This document shows, piece by piece, positions 38,718-47,665 of a DNA stretch of 53,352 nt. A program made the position numbers and the translations under genes. Positions within the stretch are counted from its first letter, which is position 1. Every line of letters begins with the position of its first letter. The stretch lies in assembly GCA_017520675.1 (NCBI GenBank), contig JAFXFG010000006.1:1-53352 (forward strand). Reading direction: 5' to 3'. The notes beneath the pieces were generated by a model. That model saw only the letters and a list, made by a program, of their open reading frames with translations, was not told the origin of the DNA and did no database searches. The stretch is from Alphaproteobacteria bacterium. GTDB lineage: Bacteria; Pseudomonadota; Alphaproteobacteria; Rs-D84.

Positions 38718-39218
38718 ATGTTGCAAATGAAACTTTGTGGTGATGTTGTTCTAAGGACTGTATGTGCGCCCGTATCTGACATAGATGGTGCATTATTATC
38801 GACCTTGGATGAAATGGTTGAAATGATGCGTGCCCAGAATGGTGTTGGTCTTGCTGCACCCCAGGTTGGCATACTATCGCGTTTTTTGGTTATGATGGAC
38901 CCAGATTCTGAGGTTGTATATCGTATGATAAATCCAAAAATTTTATCATACAGTGATGAACTTTGCACGATGGAGGAGGGATGCTTGTCTGTACTGGGCA
39001 ATGACAATCTGCCGATATTTGCAAATGTATCGCGTCCACAGTCTGTGATTGTTGAATGGACTGACGAAAATGGCGACAAAAAGACTGCCCAGATGTCTGG
39101 CACACCTGCCCGAATTGTTCAGCATGAAACGGACCATCTGGATGGCAAGTTGTTTATTGATTATCTATCGCCTGTGCGTCGTGAAATGGTAACCAGAAAA
39201 ATAAAAAAGCGTAAATAG
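38718..39218 (+). CDS. def: Peptide deformylase
   Basis: GVGLAAPQVG, EGCLS, QHETDHLDG. Confidence 0.96.
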   Translation: MLQMKLCGDVVLRTVCAPVSDIDGALLSTLDEMVEMMRAQNGVGLAAPQVGILSRFLVMMDPDSEVVYRMINPKILSYSDELCTMEEGCLSVLGNDNLPIFANVSRPQSVIVEWTDENGDKKTAQMSGTPARIVQHETDHLDGKLFIDYLSPVRREMVTRKIKKRK

Positions 39219-39220
39219 AA

Positions 39221-40030
39221 ATGAAACTTGTATTAATGGGAACAAATTCCTTTGTTGTTCCAATTTTCGAAGCAATAAGAAATGCAGGTCATGAAATAAT
39301 GGCTGTTTTTACGCGTGCGCCAAAACTGGTTGGTCGCAAACAAATTCTAACACCTTCACCTGTGCATATCTGGGCGAATGAAAATAATTTACCTGTGCAC
39401 ACAAATGTTTCTGAATATAATTATTCGCCTGATATGGTGGTTGTTATTTCTTATGGTGTGATACTGCGCGATAATGTTTTGGGGTCTGCGCCTTGTATAA
39501 ATCTGCACCCCAGTTTATTGCCAAAGTATCGTGGGCCATCACCAATTAGAACTGCGCTATACAACGGTGATAAACAGTCTGCGGTATGTTTAATGCGTGT
39601 TGTTCCAGAATTGGACGCAGGTGATATTTTAATGTGTCGCGAATTCGATATTGATATTAACGATACGAATGACAGTATTGAACATCTGGTTTCAAGTATT
39701 GGTTCTGAAATGTTGGTTGAATATTTATCGTCCCCCGACAAATATTCTGCAACCCCACAAAGTGGCGATGCGACATTCACCCATAAATGGACCAGTACTG
39801 ATATGAATATTGATTGGTCGCGCAATCCAATTGACATACATAATCAGATTCGTGCGTTGGGGGCAGGTCGCACCAAGATAAATGGCACAGATGTAAAAAT
39901 CTTGGAAACCAGGGTTAATAACAATGGCGAACTAGAAATTATAAGTCTGCAACCATCGGGTAAAAAACCAATGGATTGGAAAAGTTTTTTAAATGGTCTG
40001 CGTGGTGCAGAAATAAAATATGGGGAATAA
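39221..40030 (+). CDS. fmt: Methionyl-tRNA formyltransferase
   Basis: NLHPSLLPKYRG and LDAGDI; follows def. Confidence 0.93.
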   Translation: MKLVLMGTNSFVVPIFEAIRNAGHEIMAVFTRAPKLVGRKQILTPSPVHIWANENNLPVHTNVSEYNYSPDMVVVISYGVILRDNVLGSAPCINLHPSLLPKYRGPSPIRTALYNGDKQSAVCLMRVVPELDAGDILMCREFDIDINDTNDSIEHLVSSIGSEMLVEYLSSPDKYSATPQSGDATFTHKWTSTDMNIDWSRNPIDIHNQIRALGAGRTKINGTDVKILETRVNNNGELEIISLQPSGKKPMDWKSFLNGLRGAEIKYGE

Positions 40031-40032
40031 AA

Positions 40033-40200
40033 ATGAAACAAAAATGTAAATATTGCGAATATTACTACTTGCACAAGAATCAGCAATCATTGTGTTATTA
40101 TGGTGATGAAGTTAATATATTTATGTTTGGTCCCAAGCGCACAAGTCCCAATGACTTTTGTAAAAATTTCAAGGCGCGCCAACTACAAAACACAAAGTAA
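40033..40200 (+). CDS. Small Cys-rich hypothetical protein (55 aa)
   Basis: MKQKCKYC...C...FCKNF...QNTK*, preceded by GGGGA. Confidence 0.6.
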   Translation: MKQKCKYCEYYYLHKNQQSLCYYGDEVNIFMFGPKRTSPNDFCKNFKARQLQNTK

Positions 40201-40217
40201 TATAAAAAGGAAAAATA

Positions 40218-40445
40218 ATGGCAATCAGATTTTGTAAAAACAGAAAATGTGAAATAGTTTTAAATGAATATAATGCAGATTGTTCATGTGTCTTTTGTGA
40301 TAAAGAGGTCAAGAATTGTACTGTTATAAATTGTCCTGACAAAGGTGCAATGCATGTATCAGAGGCGCATCGTGAATTACAATCACGCAAATGTCATGGT
40401 TGTATGCAGTTTTCACGTTACTTACTATCGCAACGTAACAGATAA
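40218..40445 (+). CDS. Small Cys-rich hypothetical protein (75 aa)
   Basis: AAGGA RBS; CxCxxC...C...CxxC; ends QRNR*. Confidence 0.65.
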   Translation: MAIRFCKNRKCEIVLNEYNADCSCVFCDKEVKNCTVINCPDKGAMHVSEAHRELQSRKCHGCMQFSRYLLSQRNR

Positions 40446-40454
40446 AGAATAAAA

Positions 40455-40685
40455 ATGTCACAGATAATCAAGAATAGTACATTATGTGGTTTATGGGGGG
40501 TTGACGTTAATATGTCAGAGCACAATCGTTTTGGCAAATGCGAATGTGTCGGGTGTATTGGCAGTAACTGTAAGAATTGCGTAATATACCATGAATTGTA
40601 TACAGAAAGCGCAAATTCAACTTTTAACAAGCAGGTGTCGCGGTGCAAAAAATGTCGAACAGCAGAATTTACAAAACAAAGATAA
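40455..40685 (+). CDS. Small Cys-rich hypothetical protein (76 aa), probable paralog of 40218-40445
   Basis: CECVGC...KNC...CKKC; ends TKQR*. Confidence 0.65.
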   Translation: MSQIIKNSTLCGLWGVDVNMSEHNRFGKCECVGCIGSNCKNCVIYHELYTESANSTFNKQVSRCKKCRTAEFTKQR

Positions 40686-40689
40686 AAAT

Positions 40690-41421
40690 ATGACACGATA
40701 CAAAGTAATCTTGGAATATGACGGTACAGATTTAATTGGCTGGCAGGAAAATCGCCAAGGTCCATCTGTACAATCACTGGTCAAAGACGCAATTGAACAG
40801 TTTTGTGGTGCGCGTCCTGATATTGTTGGGGCGGGGCGCACAGATTCTGGGGTTCATGCAGTTGCGATGACCGCGCACTTTGATATTGATGGCGACCATT
40901 CCCCCGAAACCGTTATGCGGGCATTAAATTTTTATTTAACGAATAAGCCTGTATCGGTTCTGGGGTGCAGTGTTGTTCCTGATGAATTTAATGCGCGTTT
41001 TGATTGTATTGCTCGTCATTACAAGTATGTCGTATTAAATCGCAGTGCTGCACCTGTATTACAAAAAAATCGTGTATATTGGGTTCCGCGAAAACTGGAC
41101 GTTGACGCAATGCGTGCTGCGACAGAAAAATTGATTGGCAATCACGATTTCACCAGTTTTCGTGCATCAGAATGTCAGGCCAAATCCCCGATAAAGACAC
41201 TGGATAAAATAGACATAACCACAGACGGCGATTTAATAATATTTGAATTTTCTGCGCGTTCATTTTTACATCATATGGTGCGCAATATTGTTGGAACACT
41301 GATTGAAATTGGTCTGGGCAAGCCTTATGATATAGATGAAATTTTTGCGGCCCGCAATCGCAGTGCCGCCGGTCCAACTGCACCAGCAAGTGGTCTATAT
41401 TTTATTCGCGCTGATTATTAA
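40690..41421 (+). CDS. truA: tRNA pseudouridine(38-40) synthase
   Basis: EYDGT..GWQ, AGRTDSGVHA, FLHHMVRNIVG. Start MTRYK at 40690. Confidence 0.95.
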   Translation: MTRYKVILEYDGTDLIGWQENRQGPSVQSLVKDAIEQFCGARPDIVGAGRTDSGVHAVAMTAHFDIDGDHSPETVMRALNFYLTNKPVSVLGCSVVPDEFNARFDCIARHYKYVVLNRSAAPVLQKNRVYWVPRKLDVDAMRAATEKLIGNHDFTSFRASECQAKSPIKTLDKIDITTDGDLIIFEFSARSFLHHMVRNIVGTLIEIGLGKPYDIDEIFAARNRSAAGPTAPASGLYFIRADY

Positions 41422-43337
41422 TTCCACCTGCGATTTGTTTGTGTGTATTTTATTTTGTTGTTTGGATAAATTACAAACCCACCGCTTAGTATTTTATGCT
41501 GACATCTTGGCGCATTAATTTTCAAATAAGACACAATAAATTTGACAGAATCATCTGCGCATAGTTTTTCAATATTTTTCATCAGTGGAACAAACTTTTG
41601 AATATAAACAATATTCCCTTGCCTGAAAATACCTTCTGAATGTGCTTTTCGTTTATTTTTTGAATTTGTATCTTCGCCATTTACTTGTTTCCATGTATCA
41701 AATGCGAACTTATGTGCACTGGCGCGTGCTTTATTAAATACCAGTGTTCCATCATTATTCAAGAACGCGACTAATTCATTATCGTGTGTTGCATAGAATA
41801 CAGGTTTTGGACTAAGACAAACAGTTATTATTCCAGAAATTATAAACACAACAAACAAGATATAATTAAATTTTATTTTTATCGGTTTAATAAAGACCAA
41901 CGCCACAAACGCCAAGACAAACAGCATCAATGCAATATTTGAAATATGTGGCATTGTCATATTTGCGCAGGGCAATTCAGAGATATTCTGTGCGACTTGA
42001 ATCAGCCAGTTATAAATATCGTGCGCCCATATTATTGGCGAATGTATATTGAACAATGAACAGATTACACCGATAAAAACCAGTGGCATAATCGCGACAG
42101 AAAACACAGGCAACAAAATTAGATTCCCTAACAAACTATAAATTGGTATCGCACCAAAATGCGCAGCAACAAATGGCGCAGTAAATATCGTCGCAACCAC
42201 AGAAGTTAAGATGCACGCATAAACAATTTTTAAAAACTTATTGTGTGGCATTTTAGGCTTTACATCTTGGTACAGCCAGACTAAACCAAAGACCGCAGAA
42301 AACGAAAGTTGAAATCCGGCTTGCATAACACTGTGCGGATTGATTAAGAAAATAATACAGAATGCCAATGCAACATTTCGCATAGAAATCGCGTTGCGCC
42401 CAAATACCAGCGCGCCAAACACTAAACTGGTCATCAAAAATGCGCGCAATGTTGCGATATCAATTCCGGATAAGAATAAATAAAACAACAACCCAAACCA
42501 TGCGCAAATTGTCGCGGGAATCCTTGCAGGTATTCGTTTGGTTATTGGTGGAATTGTGCGAAAAATAAAATACATAATTATAAACAGCCATCCGCCAACC
42601 AAAGTCATATGAAAACCGCTGATTGACCACACATGCCCAATACCAGTTGCTGTCCATATTTCATTATCATCATCTGGCACAGCGGATTTGTATCCCAACA
42701 CCAAACTATCCACCAGAAAAGAATTTGACTTTTTATGTAATGTATCACGCAGCGAATTTATTCCATTGTTATATTTTGATTCTATTATTGTTAAATTGTT
42801 TATATATCCTGTGGCGGTGATATTATTAAAATAAGCCCACTGTGCATAGTCAAAAGTCTCGGGCGCATACGCAGAATTTGGTTTGAATACACCGGCATCA
42901 ACACTAACTTTATCACCAATATTGGGTAAATTGGTTTCGTTTTTGATTGACAATCTCAGGTTTGCTGTGCCGTCGCCTGCATTAATATCATTTGCATTTA
43001 CGGTTAAAACAATTCTTGCCTTGTCGCTGGTATAGTCAATAGATTTTACGACACCGCTCAGACTAAGGTTATGCATACTACGTGAAATTTTTGGTATATT
43101 TATAAAATTAGTAAAACAGCACGCATAACAGAACCCAAAAATCACCATACAAAACGCGCGTATCAATATTGGGCATTTTCTACACAGTAAAATCGCGCCA
43201 CTTAAAATTGCAAAAACAGCAGTATATATAAATTCAGGTTCAGTACTTGCGGTAAAATATAGTACTGCCCCACCGGCCAATAACAAAGGCACATACAGGA
43301 ACAGGTTTTGATACTGATTATCCAGCCAATCTTTCAT
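41418..43337 (-). CDS. comEC: ComEC/Rec2 competence protein
   Basis: FDY..W, GIGHVWSISGFHM, RAFLM, GFQLSF. Start MKDWL at 43337. Confidence 0.9.
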   Translation of the reverse strand: MKDWLDNQYQNLFLYVPLLLAGGAVLYFTASTEPEFIYTAVFAILSGAILLCRKCPILIRAFCMVIFGFCYACCFTNFINIPKISRSMHNLSLSGVVKSIDYTSDKARIVLTVNANDINAGDGTANLRLSIKNETNLPNIGDKVSVDAGVFKPNSAYAPETFDYAQWAYFNNITATGYINNLTIIESKYNNGINSLRDTLHKKSNSFLVDSLVLGYKSAVPDDDNEIWTATGIGHVWSISGFHMTLVGGWLFIIMYFIFRTIPPITKRIPARIPATICAWFGLLFYLFLSGIDIATLRAFLMTSLVFGALVFGRNAISMRNVALAFCIIFLINPHSVMQAGFQLSFSAVFGLVWLYQDVKPKMPHNKFLKIVYACILTSVVATIFTAPFVAAHFGAIPIYSLLGNLILLPVFSVAIMPLVFIGVICSLFNIHSPIIWAHDIYNWLIQVAQNISELPCANMTMPHISNIALMLFVLAFVALVFIKPIKIKFNYILFVVFIISGIITVCLSPKPVFYATHDNELVAFLNNDGTLVFNKARASAHKFAFDTWKQVNGEDTNSKNKRKAHSEGIFRQGNIVYIQKFVPLMKNIEKLCADDSVKFIVSYLKINAPRCQHKILSGGFVIYPNNKIKYTQTNRRWN

Positions 43338-43400
43338 AAAAAAATTATAGGCACGAAATCCCCGCCCCTGCAATAAAAAACTTTTTTTAGAAACAAAAAA

Positions 43401-43595
43401 TGATATAATTCCTTTTGACAACAGTAAGTGTTGTTGGGTGTGGAAACCCAAATTCTAGGTTGTGCTGGTATTTACCGGCACAAAAAAACTCCAATGCGCA
43501 AGTTGGAGGGCATTTGAATATATCGAATAGAATGCACTATTTTCCTAGAATAATAGTTTCCAACCTCCAACCACCTGTTGTTCAGGTGTTTTTTT
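43401..43595 (+). ncRNA. C4-antisense-like RNA module C (extended -10, a1b1, cloverleaf 43502-43571, terminator 43572-43595)
   Basis: TGaTATAAT; GTTGGAGG/CCTCCAAC; GCATT/AATGC; ACTATT/AATAGT with loop CCTAGAAT complementary to ATTCTAGG (43452-43459). GTTTCCA is complementary to TGGAAAC (43441-43447). Ends CACCTG-TTGTT-CAGGTG-T7. Confidence 0.68.
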
Positions 43596-43609
43596 GTATA
43601 GGAGAGATT

Positions 43610-44548
43610 ATGAGAAAAATAATATCGCTATTGTCACTTATGGTTGTTATTCCTGCATATTCGAATGAAGTGTTGTCATTGGATGATGCGTTGCGTGCGA
43701 CATATACTGCCTGTGTTGGCATTGATGATGCCTTGTACGATTTAAAAAAGATGGCTGGGATTAATACAGCGATAACTGCAGTTGGTACGGCTGCTGGCGC
43801 GGGCGCAACAGTTGTTGGCGTTGTGAAAAGTGGTAAAGATGCCAAGGCAGAGGCACTAGAGGCGATATTAAAAGAAATTGCAGAAATGTCCAAAAATCAA
43901 TCGGAAATGACCGAAACAGAAATTGCTACATTTATGTCTGAATTTAATTCTGCATACGAAACTGTACTAAAGAGTAAACAAGAAGCGGAAACAGAATTGC
44001 AAAAAACGGTTCAGCAATCCAAGAAACTGGGTAATTGGCGCACTGGATTGATGGCAACTGGCGCGGCAACAAATCTGGCTGGTGCAATTATTGCCGGCAC
44101 GAACAAGGTGGATGGTGATTTAGACGCACAAATAACCGCATGCAAGAACTCGCTATCTGCATTAAGAACGTCGATTATGCAGGCGCGTATAAATGGCGAA
44201 GACGTTACTGAGGCTCAAACAATCGAATCCACCTGCAGTGAATTTGAATATATTGATTTATCCAAGATTAATACGCGTGGCAAAGGCGCAATGATTTCAT
44301 CTGGGGTTGGTGCGGCAACTGGTCTGGTTGGTACATTTACGTCTGCATCCGCCAACAGTCAGAAGGTTCGTGATGACAACAGCGATTCGGGTAAACAGAA
44401 AGAAAAGAACCTAAATACTGCATCAAATGTCTTGGCGGGCGCATCGGCTGCTGCATCTGCCACTGCTACGGTATTTAACGCAACCCAGATATCTGCGATT
44501 AAGAAAGTTGCCGAAGTTGCGTCAAAATGTACGGGGGTATTGAAATGA
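43610..44548 (+). CDS. Secreted protein with Gly/Ala-rich hydrophobic helices (paralog of 36829-37734)
   Basis: AGGAGA RBS before the ATG at 43610, signal peptide, DLKKMAGINTA and ATVFNATQISAIK. Confidence 0.78.
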   Translation: MRKIISLLSLMVVIPAYSNEVLSLDDALRATYTACVGIDDALYDLKKMAGINTAITAVGTAAGAGATVVGVVKSGKDAKAEALEAILKEIAEMSKNQSEMTETEIATFMSEFNSAYETVLKSKQEAETELQKTVQQSKKLGNWRTGLMATGAATNLAGAIIAGTNKVDGDLDAQITACKNSLSALRTSIMQARINGEDVTEAQTIESTCSEFEYIDLSKINTRGKGAMISSGVGAATGLVGTFTSASANSQKVRDDNSDSGKQKEKNLNTASNVLAGASAAASATATVFNATQISAIKKVAEVASKCTGVLK

Positions 44549-47500
44549 TAAAGAAAATATTAACTTTTATTGCGTGTTTATTTTTATCGGCGCCCGTTTT
44601 CGCTGAAACGTATTTTCGTGTGCCAGACACAAATGTCTTGGAAGTTTCGGTTAAAAGATATTTTTCAACCCAGGAACAACAAGAATCTGTTCTACAAAAA
44701 TATCGTGATTTATTGACCAAAAACAACAATTACGGATTATTGGCTGTTGATATGTGGCAGGTTTGCGTGGCTGGTGGACTTGATATAACACAACTGACGG
44801 GCAAAGAAAATTGCGTACAATTTGTTAATGCTTTGGTGTCAATTGGGGATTCGTTATTTTTTAGTGTTTGTGATTCAAAAATAGCAATAGATGAGGATAA
44901 AAGAGATATATCAAAGTGCGAAGCGGATTTCTTTAATTATACAAATGTTCAATTTTCATCAGCAATTGCGTTATCGAAATTATATGCCAAAGAAAAATAT
45001 AATGATGAAATAATTTGCTCTACAAAATATAGAAAGGCGGGCAATGATGACTTTGTTCAATGTAAATCATTAAATACTGGTGCATTTTACGAATTTAAGT
45101 TTGATGATGTTCGTGAAAGTATTGATGAAACTATTCAGATAAATATTGTAAAAGCGGTGTGTGGAATTTATGGCGCTACGCAGTTTGGGACCACGACCAT
45201 GGGTAAAACGCAGTGCAAAGCAACAGAAGAACAATGCTTAAAAGTTAAAAACGCGTATAAAACACTTATTGATTCTGTTGAAATAAATTATTTATCAGAC
45301 AGGGAATTGTGTGAAATTAATTTTGGATTGATAAAGGAAGCGAAAGATTTAAAGACCGCGTGTGATATCGATTCATTCGCTTTTTGTCGCGATACTCAAT
45401 TCAATACACAACTGGAATTTATTGAGGCTTTAAAAGAATATACTGCCAGAAAATGTGGCACAGAAATGTTCAATATTCATTGCGACAGCAGTTTTAAGAC
45501 ATATACAGGGCCTGGTTGTAAAGTATCAACTATGGCCCCCAAAGACGATATTGTGTCTTGTTATTTTGGGGATCAACAAATTGACTATGTCTTTGACGAT
45601 GTAAATGAATTTTCCAAGAAACGTGCCGACGCCGGTATGCAGTCAATGAGTTGCATATTGCTAGATGGTACATTTGATGGCAAAAATTGCGTTGGATTGG
45701 GCAAGGAAGAGTGTGAATTATTGGCGAACCAAGGCAAAGTAGATTGTCCCGATTGTAAAGGTATAAGATGGGACGAAAAGAATGAGTTGTGTATCTTACC
45801 TGATGCCAAGAATTTAACAAACGGTGAAAAAGTACTTAAAATTGCCGGTGTTACAGGCGCTGTTGTTGTTGCGGTTGCTTCAAGTATTGTTTCTGCTGGT
45901 GCAGCTGCGCCAGGTGCATGGGCAGTTGTTGCCAAGATTGGTACTGGTTTGGTAATTGCTGGCGGTGTAACCACAATAACAGCAGAAGCGGTAGAGAGTT
46001 TTGGTATCTTTGAACCGTTTGTAAAAAAAGCAAATACTTGCATAAATTCTAGCGATTATGCATGTGCAATAGATTTGGTAACAAATGAGTTAAATCGTAT
46101 GCAAAGTTACTCTGAAGATCTTACAGATACAGAAGCAGATGCATTAGATAAAATATTTGCGAAATTGTTAGACAAGATTCCTGTAGAAGACCCATTTTGG
46201 GAAAATTTCTGGGGAAATCCTACATTCTTTGATTGTCCAAATCCAAATGACCTATCAACCTGTGTAGCAAAAGAGAAAATACAAGCCTGGCAAGCAGTCA
46301 GAGGTGTCGGAAATGTCCTTACTATGATTGGAGGATTACTTACTATTACTTCAAGTATCGGTACACGATTTATAAACACACGTGATGTTTGTCAGGCAAA
46401 AATCTTGGGTCATCCAAGATGGGGTGCAAAAAGTCCTGTTGTAACAATTGCACAAAGTAGCACACGTGGACGCCTTGCAACAATTGCAGAACTTGGTGGC
46501 ATGAACAACAAAGCTTTTATTGCGAAACATGGTCTTAAAATGGGACAAACATTTATGCTTAACCTAAAAACTGGCCAAGTTGTTACCAATATGGTGGCAA
46601 GCACGGGGGCGACTCTTTCAGGTTTGGTACCAATGGCTGTTGGTGCAAGTGATGCAATATACCACATTGTTGATGATGACACCGATTTTGCATATTCAAA
46701 AAACAGTAAATCGCAAACACCAGATCCAGTACCTACGCCAACGCCGGTACCAGTTCCAACGCCAGATCCTGTGGTTACACCAGACCCAGATCCTGTTGTT
46801 ATACCGACCCCAGTCCCTGTGGTTACACCAGACCCAGATCCTGTTGTTATACCAACCCCAGTCCCTGTGGTTACACCAGACCCAGATCCTGTGGTTATAC
46901 CAACCCCAGTCCCTGTGGTTACACCAGATCCAAATCCAGTGATTGACTCAACTCCGGACAACCGTACAATTACACCGTATGATGTTAAAAAGCCAAAAAC
47001 AGGTTTGATTGCGACTGCGGCTGTCTTGGGGACTGTTGGTACAGGTTTCTTGGTTGGCGGCCTGTTGAATCGCGATAAAAATGATGACGCGGCGCAGCAA
47101 AATGTTATAACTGGGTCGACTGTTGAAAATGAAATCAACACAATGCTAAATAATGCAAACAGTGTTATCGGTGTTGTTGGTGAATCCCAAATAACATTGG
47201 TACCAATGGCAACAACGGTTAACACAATGTCGCCAATAGTAAACATAAACAATAATGCGGTTGTCGTTGTTAACTATCGTGGACACAAATTGCCGTTCTT
47301 TGTTGGTGGTGTTGTTGGAACATGGACACCACTGTTGGGAATCGGGCAAACTGGTGGTTGGTTTAATATATATTTGGACAAGGTACAGCCAATATATATA
47401 ACACATATTCAGACATTGTTAAATCAAAAACTTGCACCAACAACGGTCAAGAAATACATCGGTGTAAATTCAACAGGTGTACAATTACCGTATGCGGCAC

Positions 47501-47628
47501 CTGATGCATATTCTGTAATCAATGCAGAATTTCCTAATGGGGTTGTTCAAAAATATGAAGGCAAACTTATCGGTTCCGACAAAACATTACATGACAGCAA
47601 CTACAACAAAATAAAAGCAATAAAATAA
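44545..47628 (+). CDS. Large secreted Cys-rich protein with hydrophobic hairpins and a Pro-rich stalk
   Basis: Signal peptide MIKK...VFA; repeated ND(D)..C....Y.F.FDD modules; PVVTPDPD/PVVIPTPV repeats. Confidence 0.8.
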   Translation: MIKKILTFIACLFLSAPVFAETYFRVPDTNVLEVSVKRYFSTQEQQESVLQKYRDLLTKNNNYGLLAVDMWQVCVAGGLDITQLTGKENCVQFVNALVSIGDSLFFSVCDSKIAIDEDKRDISKCEADFFNYTNVQFSSAIALSKLYAKEKYNDEIICSTKYRKAGNDDFVQCKSLNTGAFYEFKFDDVRESIDETIQINIVKAVCGIYGATQFGTTTMGKTQCKATEEQCLKVKNAYKTLIDSVEINYLSDRELCEINFGLIKEAKDLKTACDIDSFAFCRDTQFNTQLEFIEALKEYTARKCGTEMFNIHCDSSFKTYTGPGCKVSTMAPKDDIVSCYFGDQQIDYVFDDVNEFSKKRADAGMQSMSCILLDGTFDGKNCVGLGKEECELLANQGKVDCPDCKGIRWDEKNELCILPDAKNLTNGEKVLKIAGVTGAVVVAVASSIVSAGAAAPGAWAVVAKIGTGLVIAGGVTTITAEAVESFGIFEPFVKKANTCINSSDYACAIDLVTNELNRMQSYSEDLTDTEADALDKIFAKLLDKIPVEDPFWENFWGNPTFFDCPNPNDLSTCVAKEKIQAWQAVRGVGNVLTMIGGLLTITSSIGTRFINTRDVCQAKILGHPRWGAKSPVVTIAQSSTRGRLATIAELGGMNNKAFIAKHGLKMGQTFMLNLKTGQVVTNMVASTGATLSGLVPMAVGASDAIYHIVDDDTDFAYSKNSKSQTPDPVPTPTPVPVPTPDPVVTPDPDPVVIPTPVPVVTPDPDPVVIPTPVPVVTPDPDPVVIPTPVPVVTPDPNPVIDSTPDNRTITPYDVKKPKTGLIATAAVLGTVGTGFLVGGLLNRDKNDDAAQQNVITGSTVENEINTMLNNANSVIGVVGESQITLVPMATTVNTMSPIVNINNNAVVVVNYRGHKLPFFVGGVVGTWTPLLGIGQTGGWFNIYLDKVQPIYITHIQTLLNQKLAPTTVKKYIGVNSTGVQLPYAAPDAYSVINAEFPNGVVQKYEGKLIGSDKTLHDSNYNKIKAIK
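46768..46930 (+). repeat. 48-bp in-frame tandem repeat (about 3.4 copies) encoding PVVTPDPDPVVIPTPV
   Basis: CCTGTGGTTACACCAGACCCAGATCCTGT(T/G)GTTATACC(G/A)ACCCCAGTC repeated head-to-tail. Confidence 0.92.
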
Positions 47629-47665
47629 AACAGAAATATAAAAATCCCCCGATTTGGGGGATTTT

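Noticed and set aside
43415-43609. N-terminal extension of ORF 43415-44548 (and of comEC to 43451)
   Set aside because: The extensions run through promoter and structured RNA. RBS and signal peptide place the first start at 43610, and comEC fits better from the ATG at 43337.
46410-47252. 280-aa minus-strand ORF with GVTTGTG repeats
   Set aside because: Antisense shadow of the Pro-rich tandem repeat.
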